NCBI GenBank assembly: GCA_002269645.1
Contig: NIVC01002296.1
Span: 122,051-186,050, forward strand
Length of the DNA: 64,000 bases
DNA from: Macrostomum lignano
Lineage: Eukaryota
Reading direction: 5' to 3'
The notes under the pieces were generated by a model. The model saw only the letters and a list, made by a program, of their open reading frames with translations, did no database searches and was not told the DNA's origin. Below, in pieces: positions 33,501-55,270 of the stretch (position 1 is its first letter; each line of letters starts with the position of its first letter). A program made the translations under genes and the position numbers.

Positions 33501-36500
33501 CCTCCTGCTCACGTGAACAAACTCTGCATGAGACAGGTCACGTGAACAGCTACTCTGCCTCCTGTTCACGTGAACAAACTCTGCATGAGACAGGCCACGT
33601 GAACAGCTACTCTGCCTCCTGTCCACGTGAACAAACTGCATGAGACAGGCCAGGTGAACAGCTACTCTGCCTCCTGTCCACGTGAACAAACTGCATGAGA
33701 CAGGCCAGGTGAACAGCTACTCTGCCTCCTGTCCACGTGAACAAACTGCATGAGACAGGCCAGGTGAACAGCTACTCTGCCTCCTGCTCACGTGAACAAA
33801 CTCTGCATGAGACAGGTCACGTGAACAGCTACTCTGCCTCCTGTTCACGTGAACAAACTCTGCATGAGACAGGCCACGTGAACAGCTACTCTGCCTCCTG
33901 TCCACGTGAACAAACTGCATGAGACAGGCCAGGTGAACAGCTACTCTGCCTCCTGTCCACGTGAACAAACTGCATGAGACAGGCCAGGTGAACAGCTACT
34001 CTGCCTCCTGTCCACGTGAACAAACTGCATGAGACAGGCCAGGTGAACAGCTACTCTGCCTCCTGTTCACGTGAACAAACTCTGCATGAGACAGGTCACG
34101 TGAACAGCTACTCTGCCTCCTGTTCACGTGAACAAACTCTGCATGAGACAGGCCACGTGAACAGCTACTCTGCCTCCTGTCCACGTGAACAAACTGCATG
34201 AGACAGGCCAGGTGAACAGCTACTCTGCCTCCTGTCCACGTGAACAAACTGCATGAGACAGGCCAGGTGAACAGCGACTCTGCCTCCTGCTCACGTGAAC
34301 AAACTCTGCATGAGACAGGCCACGTGAACAGCTACTCTGCCTCCTGCTCACGTGAACAAACTCTGCATGAGACAGGCCACGTGAACAGCTACTCTGCCTC
34401 CTGTCCACGTGAACAAACTGCATGAGACAGGCCAGGTGAACAGCGACTCTGCCTCCTGCTCACGTGAACAAACTCTGCATGAGACAGGCCACGTGAACAG
34501 TACTCTGCCTCCTGCTCACGTGAACAAACTCTGCATGAGACAGGCCACGTGAACAGCTACTCTGCCTCCTGCTCACGTGAACAAACTCTGCATGAGACAG
34601 GCCACGTGAACAGCTACTCTGTCTCCTGCTCACGTGAACAAACTGCATGAGACAGGCCACGTGAACAGCTACTCTGCCTCCTGCTCACGTGAACAAACTC
34701 TGCATGAGACAGCCCATGTGAACAGCTACTCACGGCTTGATTAGCCAGGTGGGTAACGCTCTCAGCTTTGGGCTCCTCATCCCAGGGAACATCTCCGGTG
34801 GGATCTTCCAGGAAGGATCGTAGAGACTGAAATTATTAATAAAATGAGGCTTAAGTTATAATTAGCAAACATAATTAATTGCTAAAATTGAGGCCTCAGC
34901 TCACCTTGACAGATTTCTTGCGATCGTAATTCACGTTGAACTTGCCGTCCCTAAATAAATAAATGAAAACTTATCAGGGTTCTGCAATTATTCTGAATCA
35001 AAAGGCAGTCTATAGCTGAGAGCTCACTTGTAGTGCTGGATTTGCACAGGGCTGGGCGATGCCTTGAAGTATTTGCAGGCCTTCTTCTCTGCGCTGAAAG
35101 AGTTGAGGATGAAGTTGGCGACTGCTTCAAGGCATATTCGCTTGGTTGGCCCATGAGGGCCAAAATTGGACGCGCAGACCCAAGCTGAATCCCAAGCTGA
35201 GATTCCAATTTAGCATCAAGTTAATGTGACTTCACTTGGAATCGAGCATGGGTCACTAGGCTAAAGCCATATAGATTTCTGTCATTTTCAATTATAAAAA
35301 TAGCATTATTGGCGCACCTGCAATCCACTTTAACAATGCTGGCCTGGCCAATCATTTGGTTGGAGACTTCAGTGAGAATCTGGTTCCAGTCGGATGCAGA
35401 GTTCTCTAAAAATAGTCAGATAGCACAATCATTTAGATGATTTTACAAATCAATAAGGAGCACGATAGTTATATCTTACTTTTCTTCTGGAAGACCAATA
35501 GAACATTGTTATGCGATTTTACAATTCGTTTCAGTTCCTTCAGGTCATTAACTAATGTGACTGAGCCTAGGCCAACCTAAAAGTTAAATTGAAATACATT
35601 TGTAAATTAGACAAAAATAAACAGGTATTAGATAAAGTTAGATAACAATGATAAAATGAGCTAAAAGGAAGCTTAACACATTTGAAGAAGCATTTACTAA
35701 TGCCTTACTATAGCATTTTGATATATATCTCCCTCAGACTTATTAAAGTTTGTATATAGCTATTTTTATTATACTTAGAAATCATTTTAAAACAAAGTTA
35801 AGTACATAGATATATGCAAATTAAATTAGTAAATACAATATACAATTCGAATCTATTTTTTACTATTAATTACTTTAGATACCAACAACAGAAACCTATA
35901 CCATAGTCTAGAAGGCCTTTATGCCAGAAATTTTGGCATATTTTTGCTCTTGCTGACAATCTTGGCATATAGAATTTTTAGGCTCAACATGAAGTATACA
36001 CAGTTGGTATACAAAAAATAGACAAGTTCAAGGCTAATGTAATTGTATAGTTAAATATCAACCAACATCAAAAGCTCTTTAAAAATAACTGGAAACTAAA
36101 ATAGAAAATATTAAAGCAATCACAAGAAAATCAAAATTATAACAAAGAATATCTATTTTTAACAAAAAAACAGCCATTTTAAAGTTTAGTAAAAGTTTTG
36201 AATTTCTAAAAATATATATTTATTAAAAAGTAGCATATAAACAATTTAAGACTTAGCATAACTTTTTTTTTAAATTTTCTGTTGGTATAAAATTGAAAAA
36301 AAAAACTAATTTTGATTCTGGCATACACCTGTCATGATATGGACTATGAAACCTATACTTTAGATTTAATTTTAAAGCATTGCATTTCTAGTTCTTAGTT
36401 AAAATTTTTATATTCAATATTCTATTTAAATGTATACTAATAATAAAATTCAGTTTTATTGCCTAGTTAACCATATGTTTGATTATATAAGAAATGCTCG

Positions 36501-36990
36501 TTGAATATTATATATAATAGTGACATTTGACAAAAAATTATATCAAATTCAAAAGTTAAGAAAATATTATTTAAAAAAACTAATTAGCTAATTTAGAAAA
36601 AAACAAAAACAAGTATAATATAGAATTCTTTTATAATAAAAATAATAATAGGATTAAAAATGAAAAAATATTGATAACACAAATTAATTTCAAAATAACT
36701 TGCATTATATATGTTAGATTTTCTGTGTATTAGACAATATCCAATGCTGATGCTGATACTAAAACAATCATTGTGATCAATATAGAAGATTTAAACTTAA
36801 TATTTATGGTTGGCTTCTTTACTGAAATACAAATGCAACTGACTAGCAGCTCATCCATAGTTATTATACTCTGGACAGGTTTTTATTCATAGCTGAGGTA
36901 CAAACTTCTAACTTCTTAACTTACAGGTTCAGCCGCAATTAACCCAAGCGAAAAAATTAAGAAGCAGGTCAAAAGGTATTGAGCAAGCAT
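24558..36990 (-). CDS. PDIA5: Protein disulfide-isomerase A5 (PDIR), ~500 aa, 16 exons: 36990-36925, 35576-35480, 35405-35318, 35093-35028, 34950-34905, 34826-34734, 32801-32741, 32649-32585, 31738-31647, 31570-31505, 31403-31267, 30717-30568, 27850-27838, 26309-26244, 26151-26015, 24817-24558
   Basis: Signal peptide MLAQYLLTCFLIFSLGLIAAEP; N-terminal non-catalytic thioredoxin domain; three FYAP|WCGHCK domains; C-terminal KVEL ER-retention-like motif. All phases are consistent and the total is 1503 nt. Exon 1 is the least certain. Confidence 0.93.
24890..25900. repeat. Purine-rich composite minisatellite (AACAGGAGAAGGGGCGGA / AACAGGTGAAGCAGCGG) in the last PDIA5 intron
   Basis: Direct reading. 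Confidence 0.93.
26451..27545. repeat. 43-bp minisatellite, ~25 copies, in a PDIA5 intron
   Basis: Unit GAGCTCACCTGTGAGCTGTCAATCATAATCACCTCAGTCAGTT. Confidence 0.96.
28035..30450. repeat. 24/21-bp minisatellite (GGGATATTCGGGATTCTCAGCTGT), 2.4 kb, in a PDIA5 intron
   Basis: Direct reading; source of the spurious 814-aa ORF. Confidence 0.96.
30770..31210. repeat. Highly degenerate GGGA/GGAAAA-rich repeat tract in a PDIA5 intron
   Basis: Recurrent GGGATGGGAAAA-like motifs. Confidence 0.55.
31940..32450. repeat. 29-bp minisatellite (GGGAATCCCAAGGGAATTCATTCTCAGAG) in a PDIA5 intron
   Basis: Direct reading. Confidence 0.93.
32907..33227 (-). mobile_element. tRNA-derived SINE with CORE-like domain and (ATT)n tail
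   Basis: A box AGCCCAGTGGTTAGAGCG; B box GGAGTTCGATTCCC; CCTTGAGCAAGACACTTAAC...CAGCTGTAAAATGGG resembles the CORE consensus. 12-bp TSD with 1 mismatch at 32895-32906 and 33228-33239. Confidence 0.85.
33228..34730. repeat. 55/57-bp minisatellite, ~27 copies, with a 279-bp higher-order repeat
   Basis: Near-identical ORFs recur at 33438, 33717 and 33996 (279 = 3x55 + 2x57). Confidence 0.95.
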
Positions 36991-38338
36991 AATTGATATT
37001 GTGGTTTGAGTCTGTATGAAACTTAAAAAAACATATGACCTCTTCTTAACATGCAGTCAGACTCGCGATAACTCAATGCGAAACAAATGATTTTCTAGAA
37101 ACTTAAAACAACGCGTGCTGTTAAAACGATAAAACAATATTTTAACCTTAAATATCTATAAACATTTAATTTTCTGCAATATAAAAAGCTGTACCCTCTA
37201 ATTATTTTTTATATAACTGTCTACGTCTATTTTCTAATAGAAAGTATTCTAAAGCTATAAAGATAAGTTTAGTATATCAAATAATACTGTATTTAGGTGT
37301 TATTAAACCTAAAATTTATTAACTAGGCTGAAATTGCATAGTAAAATCATTTTTATCTTTGTCTAAGAAAAAAGAAAATCCAACAACTACAGGTGCTAAT
37401 ATAATGGAAGTAAAATTTAATTTTTCCTGTTTTCCGGATATTTCCAGGATATTGAGCTAAATCTTGTACTGTAACTCTTAGTTGTAATACTACTGTTACT
37501 CATTAGACTTATATCCGACTAATATTTTAACTACCAAGTGCCAACATAACTTATATTTACTTTCGTATCCACAGAACAGTTTATTAAAAAAATCTAAAGC
37601 TTCTTTTTATAATTTATTGGCTTATTGCTTGCTTTTTCTAGTTTTGATGACATTGATATCAAACTCTAATGTTTGTTGAAGCAATCATGCTTCAAAGTTC
37701 AGTTTTTATAAGACCATTAGAAATTTATTATGGATGAAAAAGTTATTCATTGATCAGTGATCTTTTTTATCAGAATCCTAATGGCTGACTAACATCTTGA
37801 GATTTTAATATATCAGTTGAAATATATTTTGTATATATCTCTACTTATAAAAATGAAAATATACATAAAAATTCTAACCTACAATATAATAACTAACTTA
37901 TAAAAAATCTAAAATTGGGTTTCAGCAGCAGTTTTGTTTTAGTTAGTGTGAAAAAAGTGTGCTACAATGACTTTCTAAAAACTTAAATACATTATATTAT
38001 ATACTCATAAAAATCATATACTTATCATATTGTTTACAGTAAAAAAATTGTTAATGGTTTATTTAGGCTTTAGATTTTAGGTATCAAAATCATAGTCCCA
38101 TTTGGCCTCTTTGATCTAAATTCAAGATTTCAATTGAAAACCAGGATGGCTAATATTTTTGTCATATTATTTCCTTGCTATTGTTGCTTCCTATATACTA
38201 ATTTTTTTATTACTGTATATTAGTTTTGAAATATAAAATTAGTAAATTCAATAGTTCTCACATGATCCATAAAACCTTGCAGGCTACAGCCAAGTCAGTC
38301 TTGAACTCTGCACCGCATACTAAAGCCTAGAAAAGCCA

Positions 38339-47510
<9,172 letters not shown>

Positions 47511-47544
47511 CGGCCGACTCTTGGGGGGGGCGAGTTCTGGGTGT

Positions 47545-47940
47545 GCTCATGACTGCTCATGACTGCTCATTACTGCTCATGACTGCTCATGACCCCGCCA
47601 GTAACCTAGATTGAGGTCATGACTAAGGTTATGGCTATGAGTGGGTTATGTTTATTATGACTAGGTAATGAGTGAGCTATGGTTATGACTGAGGTCATGA
47701 CTAGATTATGAGTGAGCAATGCTTATGACTGAGGTCATGACTAGGTAATGAGTGAGCAATGCTTATGACTGAGGTCATGACTAGGTAATGAGTGAGCAAT
47801 GCTTATGACTGAGGTCATGACTAGGTAATGAGTGAGCTATGGTTATGACTGAGGTCATGACTAGGTAATGAGTGAGCTATGCTTATGACTGAGGTCATGA
47901 CTAGGTAATGAGTGAGCTATGCTTATGACTGAGGTCATGA
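47545..47940. repeat. 10-bp and 40-bp repeats (ATGACTGAGGTCATGACTAGGTAATGAGTGAGCAATGCTT) just after the stop codon
   Basis: Direct reading. Confidence 0.9.
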
Positions 47941-49646
47941 CGCCATAATTTGATTACTGTTGAGTTTGTGATACATTGTTTGTAATATGCGAATTAAAAC
48001 TGAGGTCATACCAGAAACCTACTCGGAGAGTTCATTATCAAGTATTACGATGCACTTTTGCTTGTCTGTGTTACGCGAACTTCGCACACACGTGCTGTGA
48101 CTTTTTAAACTTATTGTTTACTAAATTTTAATTTCTACTCTCAAGGCTTGCTTACATTTTTATTATTTATGCGGCTTTAGAATCCAACAATATTTTGCGT
48201 TTCCATTCCGGACTGACTGCTGTGATTTTGTGCACCTGCTGTGCGCTGCTTGCACTTTTATCAATGTTGTCTCACCGTCTGGCATTCCCTGACTGCGCAT
48301 TCCAGCAAGATTTTCAAATGATTTTTCAGTTTCGGACAAGAAGGCTGCGGCTTCTTGCGCTCTCTCACCTCATGTACAGTTCTGAGCTTTCGGCTGATTA
48401 ACTGAGTTTTGATTTCTAGCTGAGGGATTTTCATCCCTTTTCGCTTCAGCATGAAAATTTCATTTATTTAGCAAGACATCCTCCTATGTGTTTTTACCTG
48501 CTAGACAGATTGAGCAGCTCTGCAATAGCTTCTGTACAGCTCTGCAAGTTTTCAATTAGCTATATATATTTATAATTCTATATGCTTAGATTTACCGCCT
48601 GTAGTCTCAGTGTACTTTTATTGTCTTTAGTGAATATACGGGCGGGCTGTAGGGTGGGTCTGGGACAGCCAATCTGCAGCTGGGGGGGAGCGGACTGCAG
48701 CTGAGCTGATGACTCAGCCGGGGAGGGGGGGCAGGAGCCGCTGTCCAAATACGGGGGGGGGGCACAGCTGCGGCCGCGCTGACCTCAGAGCACCCGGGGC
48801 CGCCACCCCAGCAGTGCGCGCGGCTTCAGGCCCGCGCACTTCCTGCTCAAAGTGGAGTTTTGCAACCTCTGGGGAGGCTGTGAAAAGAATTCTAAATCGC
48901 TTTTTCCTTCATCGCTTTTTGAGCTAGCTCTGCTTACCTTGTGCTTGTTGAATGTTGATTTGTTGAATATTGCTGTCTGTGCACCTGCTAGTGATCTGCT
49001 TCTCGCTGTATTTAAAAGCACTGCAACTTTTATTAGACTGTGAATATTAATATATTAATACAATAAATATGAGCTGCGCAAATTCATATTCACATGAAAT
49101 ATGTGGATGCGGACCAACTGTTTCGATTCTATTGATAAATATTTGTTTGAATGAGCAACTTATGGTCTGAAATATTCCAGATCCAGATTTCTGATTTTTT
49201 CTCCACCCTTCCACATTTTGCTACTGGCAGTAGTGCAGACTGAATCGGCAAAAATCAAACAATAAAGGTGAAAGCCATTTTAGAAGCTGCAGTCTACAGT
49301 GTATTTTAATAACTCGGATGGGTACCAACTTAATGAATAAAATAGCCGACAATAATTCGAGTTGGTAAGTTACTAATCTGTTTTAAGAGAAATACGAGAG
49401 CAGGCTAAATAAGTAGTTTTTCAGTAGTATAAGCGCGTATTGTTGCTAGTTGTAGTTGAGAATAGTGCAGATAAATATTGACTCTGACAGTTGCATGTAG
49501 TGCTAAAGTCCTAAAGCATTTATAAAGGCTTTATGCAAACCGTAGCTTGTGGCTCATATGGCGCAGAGGGCTCGAACAGAACGGAAATACTAATTCGAGT
49601 TAAAAATTTACTATGTACATTGAATGTACATGTAAACCATAAAGTC

Positions 49647-52600
49647 TCAGCGGCTGCCCCCGGAATTGTACAGCAGCATTCGCAGAAGGCGCTGCATGTC
49701 GCTCCTGTCCTCAGGAACTGGAGGCCCGCCGCCGCCAGGAGGCGCCATCGCTGTCGCCTGCTTCTGGCTCTGCGCTGCTGCAGGCTGAAAGAAAGCGAGG
49801 GTGACATTTCCTGATAGTTTAAACCTTTTCTGCTGCTTGTTCAGTTGGTCTGATGTACATGTAAGAATGGGGTGGTGGGGCGAGAATAGGGTAGGTGGGG
49901 GCGAGAATGGGTTGTGGGGGCGAGAATGGGTTGTGGGAGCGAGAATGGGTTGTGGGGGCTAGAATGGGGTGGTGGGGCGAGGATTGGGTGATAGTGGGTT
50001 AGAATGGGGTGGGGCCGAGAATGGGGTGGTGGTACCCGAGAATGGGGTGGTGGGAGCCGAGAATGGCTTGGTGGGGGCCAAGAATGGCTTGGTGGGGATC
50101 GAGAATGAGATGGTGGTGGAGCTATAATGGGGTGTTAAAAGGCTACAATGGGGTAGAAGTGGGCGACGAGAATGGGGTGGTGGATGTAGGCATGTAAACT
50201 GCTGGCGGCGTGAGGTTGGGTCCTGAGTGGTCAGACCGAGAATCCAGTGCACATAGCAGGCGAGCTATCGAGCTATTTAGAACACTAGCACTGACAGGGG
50301 ATTCTTCTGATGTGGCCACTTACCGTTGCGGCCTCCTGCACCTGGCGGCGCTTCAAAGCCAGCAGACTGTCCCCTCTGGCCTCCACCAGGTCGATCTGCT
50401 CGATCAGTGCGGCCAGCTGAGCGTTCGACCTGCGCCGCGGCTCCGCTGTGACGTCACCGAGCCCGGAGTCCGACTCGCTGCCGGCCACCTGCGGTTTGAT
50501 AGGTAGTAGCAAACATATAAGGAAATAGCTGGACATAAAAGGGTTGCTATGCCGTATCCAAGGTAAATCAAATAAATGTGAATACATGGGAATAGCTAGT
50601 AGCAACCGATATTATCGGTAGGTAGCCATGGCAACCAATAAATAAACAAACAGCAGGCTGGGAAGCAGCAACACCGGCACCAAGGCAAAGACCGGTACCA
50701 AGACAAAGATCGGCACCAAGACAAAGACCGGCACCAAGACAAAGACCGACACCAAGACAAAGACCGGCACCAAGGGCGGGCGGTCACCTCTCTGGCCAGG
50801 TACAGCTTGGCCTCGCAGTCCGTCAGCTTCTCGATGGCCACCTGCAATTCGCGGCGCAGCCGGTCAACTTCGCCTTGAAGCTGCCGGCCGGCCCGCTGGC
50901 TGGCGCGCAGTTCGGCCTGCAGCCCGGCCGATTCCAGCGCCGGCTGCTGCCGGTCGACTTCGGGCGCCTTTTGCAGCAGTTGGTTTGTTGGATAATAAAT
51001 TCTACTGCACTGGGTTTGGGTTTCTCAGCTCTACATGTGTACAGTGAGTACATGTGTACAGTGAGTACATGTGTACACTGAGTACATGTGTACAGTGAGT
51101 ACATGTGTACAGTGAATACATGTGTACAGTGAGTACATGTGTACAGTGAATACATGTGTACAGTGAGTACATGTGTACAGTGAGTACATGTGTACAGTGA
51201 GTACATGTGTACAGTGAGTATATGTGTACAGGCCCATTCATTCTTCTGACATCCCCTTCATTCTCCTGACATCCCCTTCATTCTCCTGACATCCCCTTCA
51301 TTCTCCTGACATCCCCTTCATTCTCCTGACATCCCCTTCATTCTCCTGACATCCCCTTCATTCTCCTGACATCCCCTTCATTCTCCTGACATCCCCTTCA
51401 TTCTCCTGACATCCCCTTCATTCTCCTGACATCCCCTTCATTCTCCTGACATCCCCTTCATTCTCCTGACATCCCCTTCATTCTCCTGACATCCCCTTCA
51501 TTCTCCTGACATCCCCTTCATTCTCCTGACATCCCCTTCATTCTCCTGACATCCCCTTCATTCTCCTGACATCCCCTTCATTCTCCTGACATCCCCTTCA
51601 TTCTCCTGACGTCCCCTTCATTCTCCTGACATCCCCTTCATTCTCCTGACATCCCCTTCATTCTCCTGACATCCCCTTCATTCTCCTGACATCCCCTTCA
51701 TTCTCCTGACATCCCCTTCATTCTCCTGACATCCCTATCGCCCCACCAAAACGCCGCACCTGAAATTCAGCGCTCAGCGACCCCGCCAGCTCCCGCAGCT
51801 GCCGCGCCACCTTCGCAGCCCCGGCCGCCTCCGCCGCCTCCGCAGCCGCACCCAGCCGCCGGCGAAGTGATCGGTGCTCCGCCGCCACCCGGCCGAGAGT
51901 CGCCGACGCCGCCGCCGCCGCCCGCCCCGACTTCTCCTCGGCCTGGCGAGCTCGCGCCGCCTCCTCGGCCAGCCGGCGGCACCGCTCGCTGCGCCTCGCC
52001 GCCTCGGCTCGCGCGGCCCGCAGCTCCGCGCCCAGGCCGTCCAGCCCGCGCTCCAGCCAGTCCAGCCGGGCGCGCAGTTCGCTGTTTGCCTCGCCGAGCT
52101 GCCGCAGGTCCTCGCGCCCTGCGGCCACCTGGGCGGCCCAGGCCTCCAGGCCCGACTGGGACTCCTGCAGCTGGCCGAAGTCCTCCTGAGGATTGGACAG
52201 AGATTCCACTGATACTTGAGTCTCTCTGGAGCTTCATAAGCTTCATCTGCAGCCTCCCCAGCTTCCGGCTCACCTGCAGCCTCCCCAGCTCAGGCTCACC
52301 TGCAGCCTCCCCAGCTTCCGGCTCACCTGCAGCCTCCCCAGCTTCCGGCTCACCTGCAGCCTCCCCAGCTTCCGGCTCACCTGCAGCCTCCCCAGCTTCC
52401 GGCTCATCTGCAGCCTCCCCAGCTTCCGGCTCACCTGCAGCCTCCCCAGCTTCCGGCTCACCTGCAGCCTCCCCAGCTTCCGACTCTGTCCCGCCCGCGC
52501 AGCCTCGCTCCGCTCCAGCAGCTGCCTCAGCTCGGCGTTCTGCGCCCTGGCGGACTCGAGCCCCAGCGACACGGATAGCAGTGCCTCTTCACTCGCCCGC

Positions 52601-53722
52601 TGCCCGTCCGCCGCCTTTTCTTCCACCTCTTCCAGCCGGCGCTTGCGTGCCAACTCGTCGCGGGCCGCCCGGCGCCGCAGCGCCTCTGAATCGGCGCGTA
52701 AATCGGCGACCGCCTGCGACATGGCGCCGACAGCCAGGGCCGCTGCGGGATCCATCGGGGACGTCGACGGCGCGGCTTCCAGATCGTCAGAAGCCGCTGC
52801 TGCTGCCGCTTCATTGTCAGCGCCAACCTGGCGACTTTCGGCCAGCAGCAGCCGGCGCTGCATCTCCTGGAGGCTGCGCTCCAGGCTGCCGGCCCGCCGG
52901 TTCGCCCGCTCCAGCTCCGCGTCCAGCGAACTGCCTGGCGGTGACTGCGGCGACTCCGAGGGGCTGGGGAGTTAAACGGGTCTTGAATGACTCTCGTGTT
53001 GGTCACTCTTAATGTTGTCAATTTTAATTGCCTACTCTTATCAGTCACTCTCATCGATCACTCTCATCGGTCACTCTCATCAGTCACTCTCATCGGTCAC
53101 CTCATCAGTCACTCTCATCACTCACTCTCATCGATCACTCTCATCGGTCACTCTCATCGATCACTCTCATCGGTCACTCTCATCGGTCACTCTCATCGGT
53201 CACTCTCATCAGTCACTCTCATCAGTCACTCTCATCAGTCACTCTCATCAGTCACTCTCATCGGTCACTCTCATCGGTCACACCTCTCAGTCACTCTTAT
53301 CGGTCACACCTCTCAGTCACTCACTCGGGTCTCGCCGCTCTCTCCGACTCCAACTGCCGTTTCAAGCCGGCCGCCAGCCGCTGCTCCTCGCGCAGCTCCT
53401 CGCGCGCCTCGTCCAGCTCGCCGGCTGTCGCCAACGCCCGCTCCGCCAGGGCTAGGCGCTCTCTCTCGGCCTGGCGCGCCCGCTGCTCGGCGCTGCGCAG
53501 CCGCTCGGCCAGGCGCGCGTTCTCCGCTCGAAGCCGCACCACCGCCTCGCTAGCCGAATCTGCCGCGCTCTTCGCGTCCTCGTCTTGCACGTCGGCAGCC
53601 TCGGCATCGTCCGCCAGATCGTCGGCGGCCAGGCCGGGATGCAGCGAGCCGCCGAGGACGCCGCTGATGTACGAGCCGACCGGCGTGGTGCTGGGGAGGC
53701 TGGCGGGGGGGCGGTTCAGTTG
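49647..53722 (-). CDS. Unknown coiled-coil protein, 3' exons 53722-53325, 52963-52462, 52185-51760, 50967-50788, 50488-50324, 49784-49647; upstream exons probably near 54350-54510 and 56248-56168
   Basis: Canonical splice sites with consistent phases (2,0,0,0,0); heptad E/R/A/L-rich translation (VVRLRAENARLAERLRSAEQRARQAERERL...). The 5' exon chain could not be resolved. Confidence 0.8.
49865..50180. repeat. Degenerate ~20-bp G-rich repeat (GAGAATGGGGTGGTGGGG), intronic
   Basis: Direct reading. Confidence 0.85.
50680..50772. repeat. 18-bp repeat (CACCAAGACAAAGACCGG) x5, intronic
   Basis: Direct reading. Confidence 0.9.
51030..51735. repeat. Two adjacent arrays in one intron: 17-bp TACATGTGTACAGTGAG (~12x) and 20-bp CATCCCCTTCATTCTCCTGA (~25x)
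   Basis: Direct reading. Confidence 0.95.
52247..52482 (-). repeat. 27-bp array made of the exon end plus 5' splice donor (GTGAGC CGGAAGCTGGGGAGGCTGCAG), 9 copies
   Basis: Direct reading; translates as VSRKLGRLQ repeats. Confidence 0.93.
53038..53324. repeat. 13-bp minisatellite (TCACTCTCATCGG) starting at a splice donor
   Basis: Direct reading. Confidence 0.92.
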
Positions 53723-53934
53723 CTAGCGGGTCAGTTCTCAGGTGGGCTCGAGCCAGTCAGCCCTTAATTAGGCCAGCAGTCACGCTCATATCCTGAGCAT
53801 GCACACGGACACGCTCACACAGGGTGTAACAGCGGCTGGCTTTCTCTCATCGTCAGGCCTCATGCGCGCGCCGTGCACGGAATCAAACTCAAGCGGATAC
53901 TTTGACGAGACTTTGACCAGTATTTTGGATGCTC

Positions 53935-54260
53935 ACTTAAGAGTATCTTGCGCACTTTAGGGTATCTTTTGCACTTTTAGAATATCTTATGCACTTTTAG
54001 GGTATCTTAGGCACTTTAATGTATCTTATGCACTTTTAGGGTATCTTATACACTTTTAGGGTATCCTAGACACCTTAAGGGTATCTTATGCCCTTTTAGG
54101 GTATCTTTGCACTTTTAGGGTATCTTATCCACCTTTAGGGTATCTTATGCACTTTTAGAGTATCTCATGCACTTTTAGAGTATCTTATGCACTTTTAGGG
54201 TACCTTATCCACCTTTAGGGTGTCTTATGTGCTTTAGAGTATCTCAAATACTTTAAAGCA
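53935..54260. repeat. ~20-bp degenerate minisatellite (CACTTTTAGGGTATCTTATG)
   Basis: Direct reading. Confidence 0.88.
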
Positions 54261-54764
54261 GCTTAGCTCTGCTATAAGAGGATATTAGGCACTTCAGAGT
54301 GTATTATGTAGTTTCATAATAATACAGTTATGAGCAATTTTAATCACCCCTTAGCGCCGTCCCGACCGCGCCCCAGGCTGGTGGTGTCGCTGTCCGCGGT
54401 CAGTGAGCGCCTCCGGTAGTCAGCGTACAGCTGCGGCTGCTGCTGCTGCTGCTGGTCGGTGAAGTCTCCCGAGCGTCGGGATCTGGACGGGTCGTTGAGG
54501 CTGAGCTGGATGCTGCTGGGGTTTGAAGGGATGCCGAGTATGGGGGTGACAAGCTCGAGACTTCAAAATCTCCTAGCAACAGTGCAGTATGTGAAAACTG
54601 GAGTACAGTGAAAATGCTAAAATATTTTCTAAAAAGTTAGTGGACTTTACTGCCACCGCTCACCCATGGCAGCATTGTCAATCCCGTCGTACGCTCTCTG
54701 AAATCCAATGAATGGGATTGGAGAGTTGTGATCGACAATTTTACTGCTTTGCGTAAACTGCATC

Positions 54765-55270
54765 ACTGCCCTACTCACGGTCTACTCACTGCCTACTCAC
54801 TGCCCTACTCACTGTCTACTTACCGCCTACTCACTGCCCTACTCACTGCCCTACTCACTGCCCTACTCACTGCCTACTCCCTGCCCTACTCACTGCCTAC
54901 TCACTGCCTACTCCCTGCCCTACTCACTGCCTACTCACTGCCTACTCCCTGCCCTACTCACTGCCTACTCACTGCCTACTCACTGCCTACTCACTGTCTA
55001 CTCACTGCCTACTCACTGCCCTACTCACTGCCTACTCTCTGCCTACTCACTGCCTACTCCCTGCCCTACTCACTGCCTACTCCCTGCCCTACTCACTGCC
55101 TGCTCCCTGCCCTACTCCCTGCCCTACTCACTGCCTACTCACTGCCTACTCTCTGCCTACTCACTGCCTACTCACTGCCTACTCACTGCCTACTCACTGC
55201 CCTACTCCCTGCCTACTCGCTGCCTACTCCCTGCCTACTCACTGCCTACTCACCGCCTACTCCCTGCCCT
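54765..55270. repeat. 11-bp minisatellite (CTCACTGCCTA)
   Basis: Direct reading. Confidence 0.92.
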
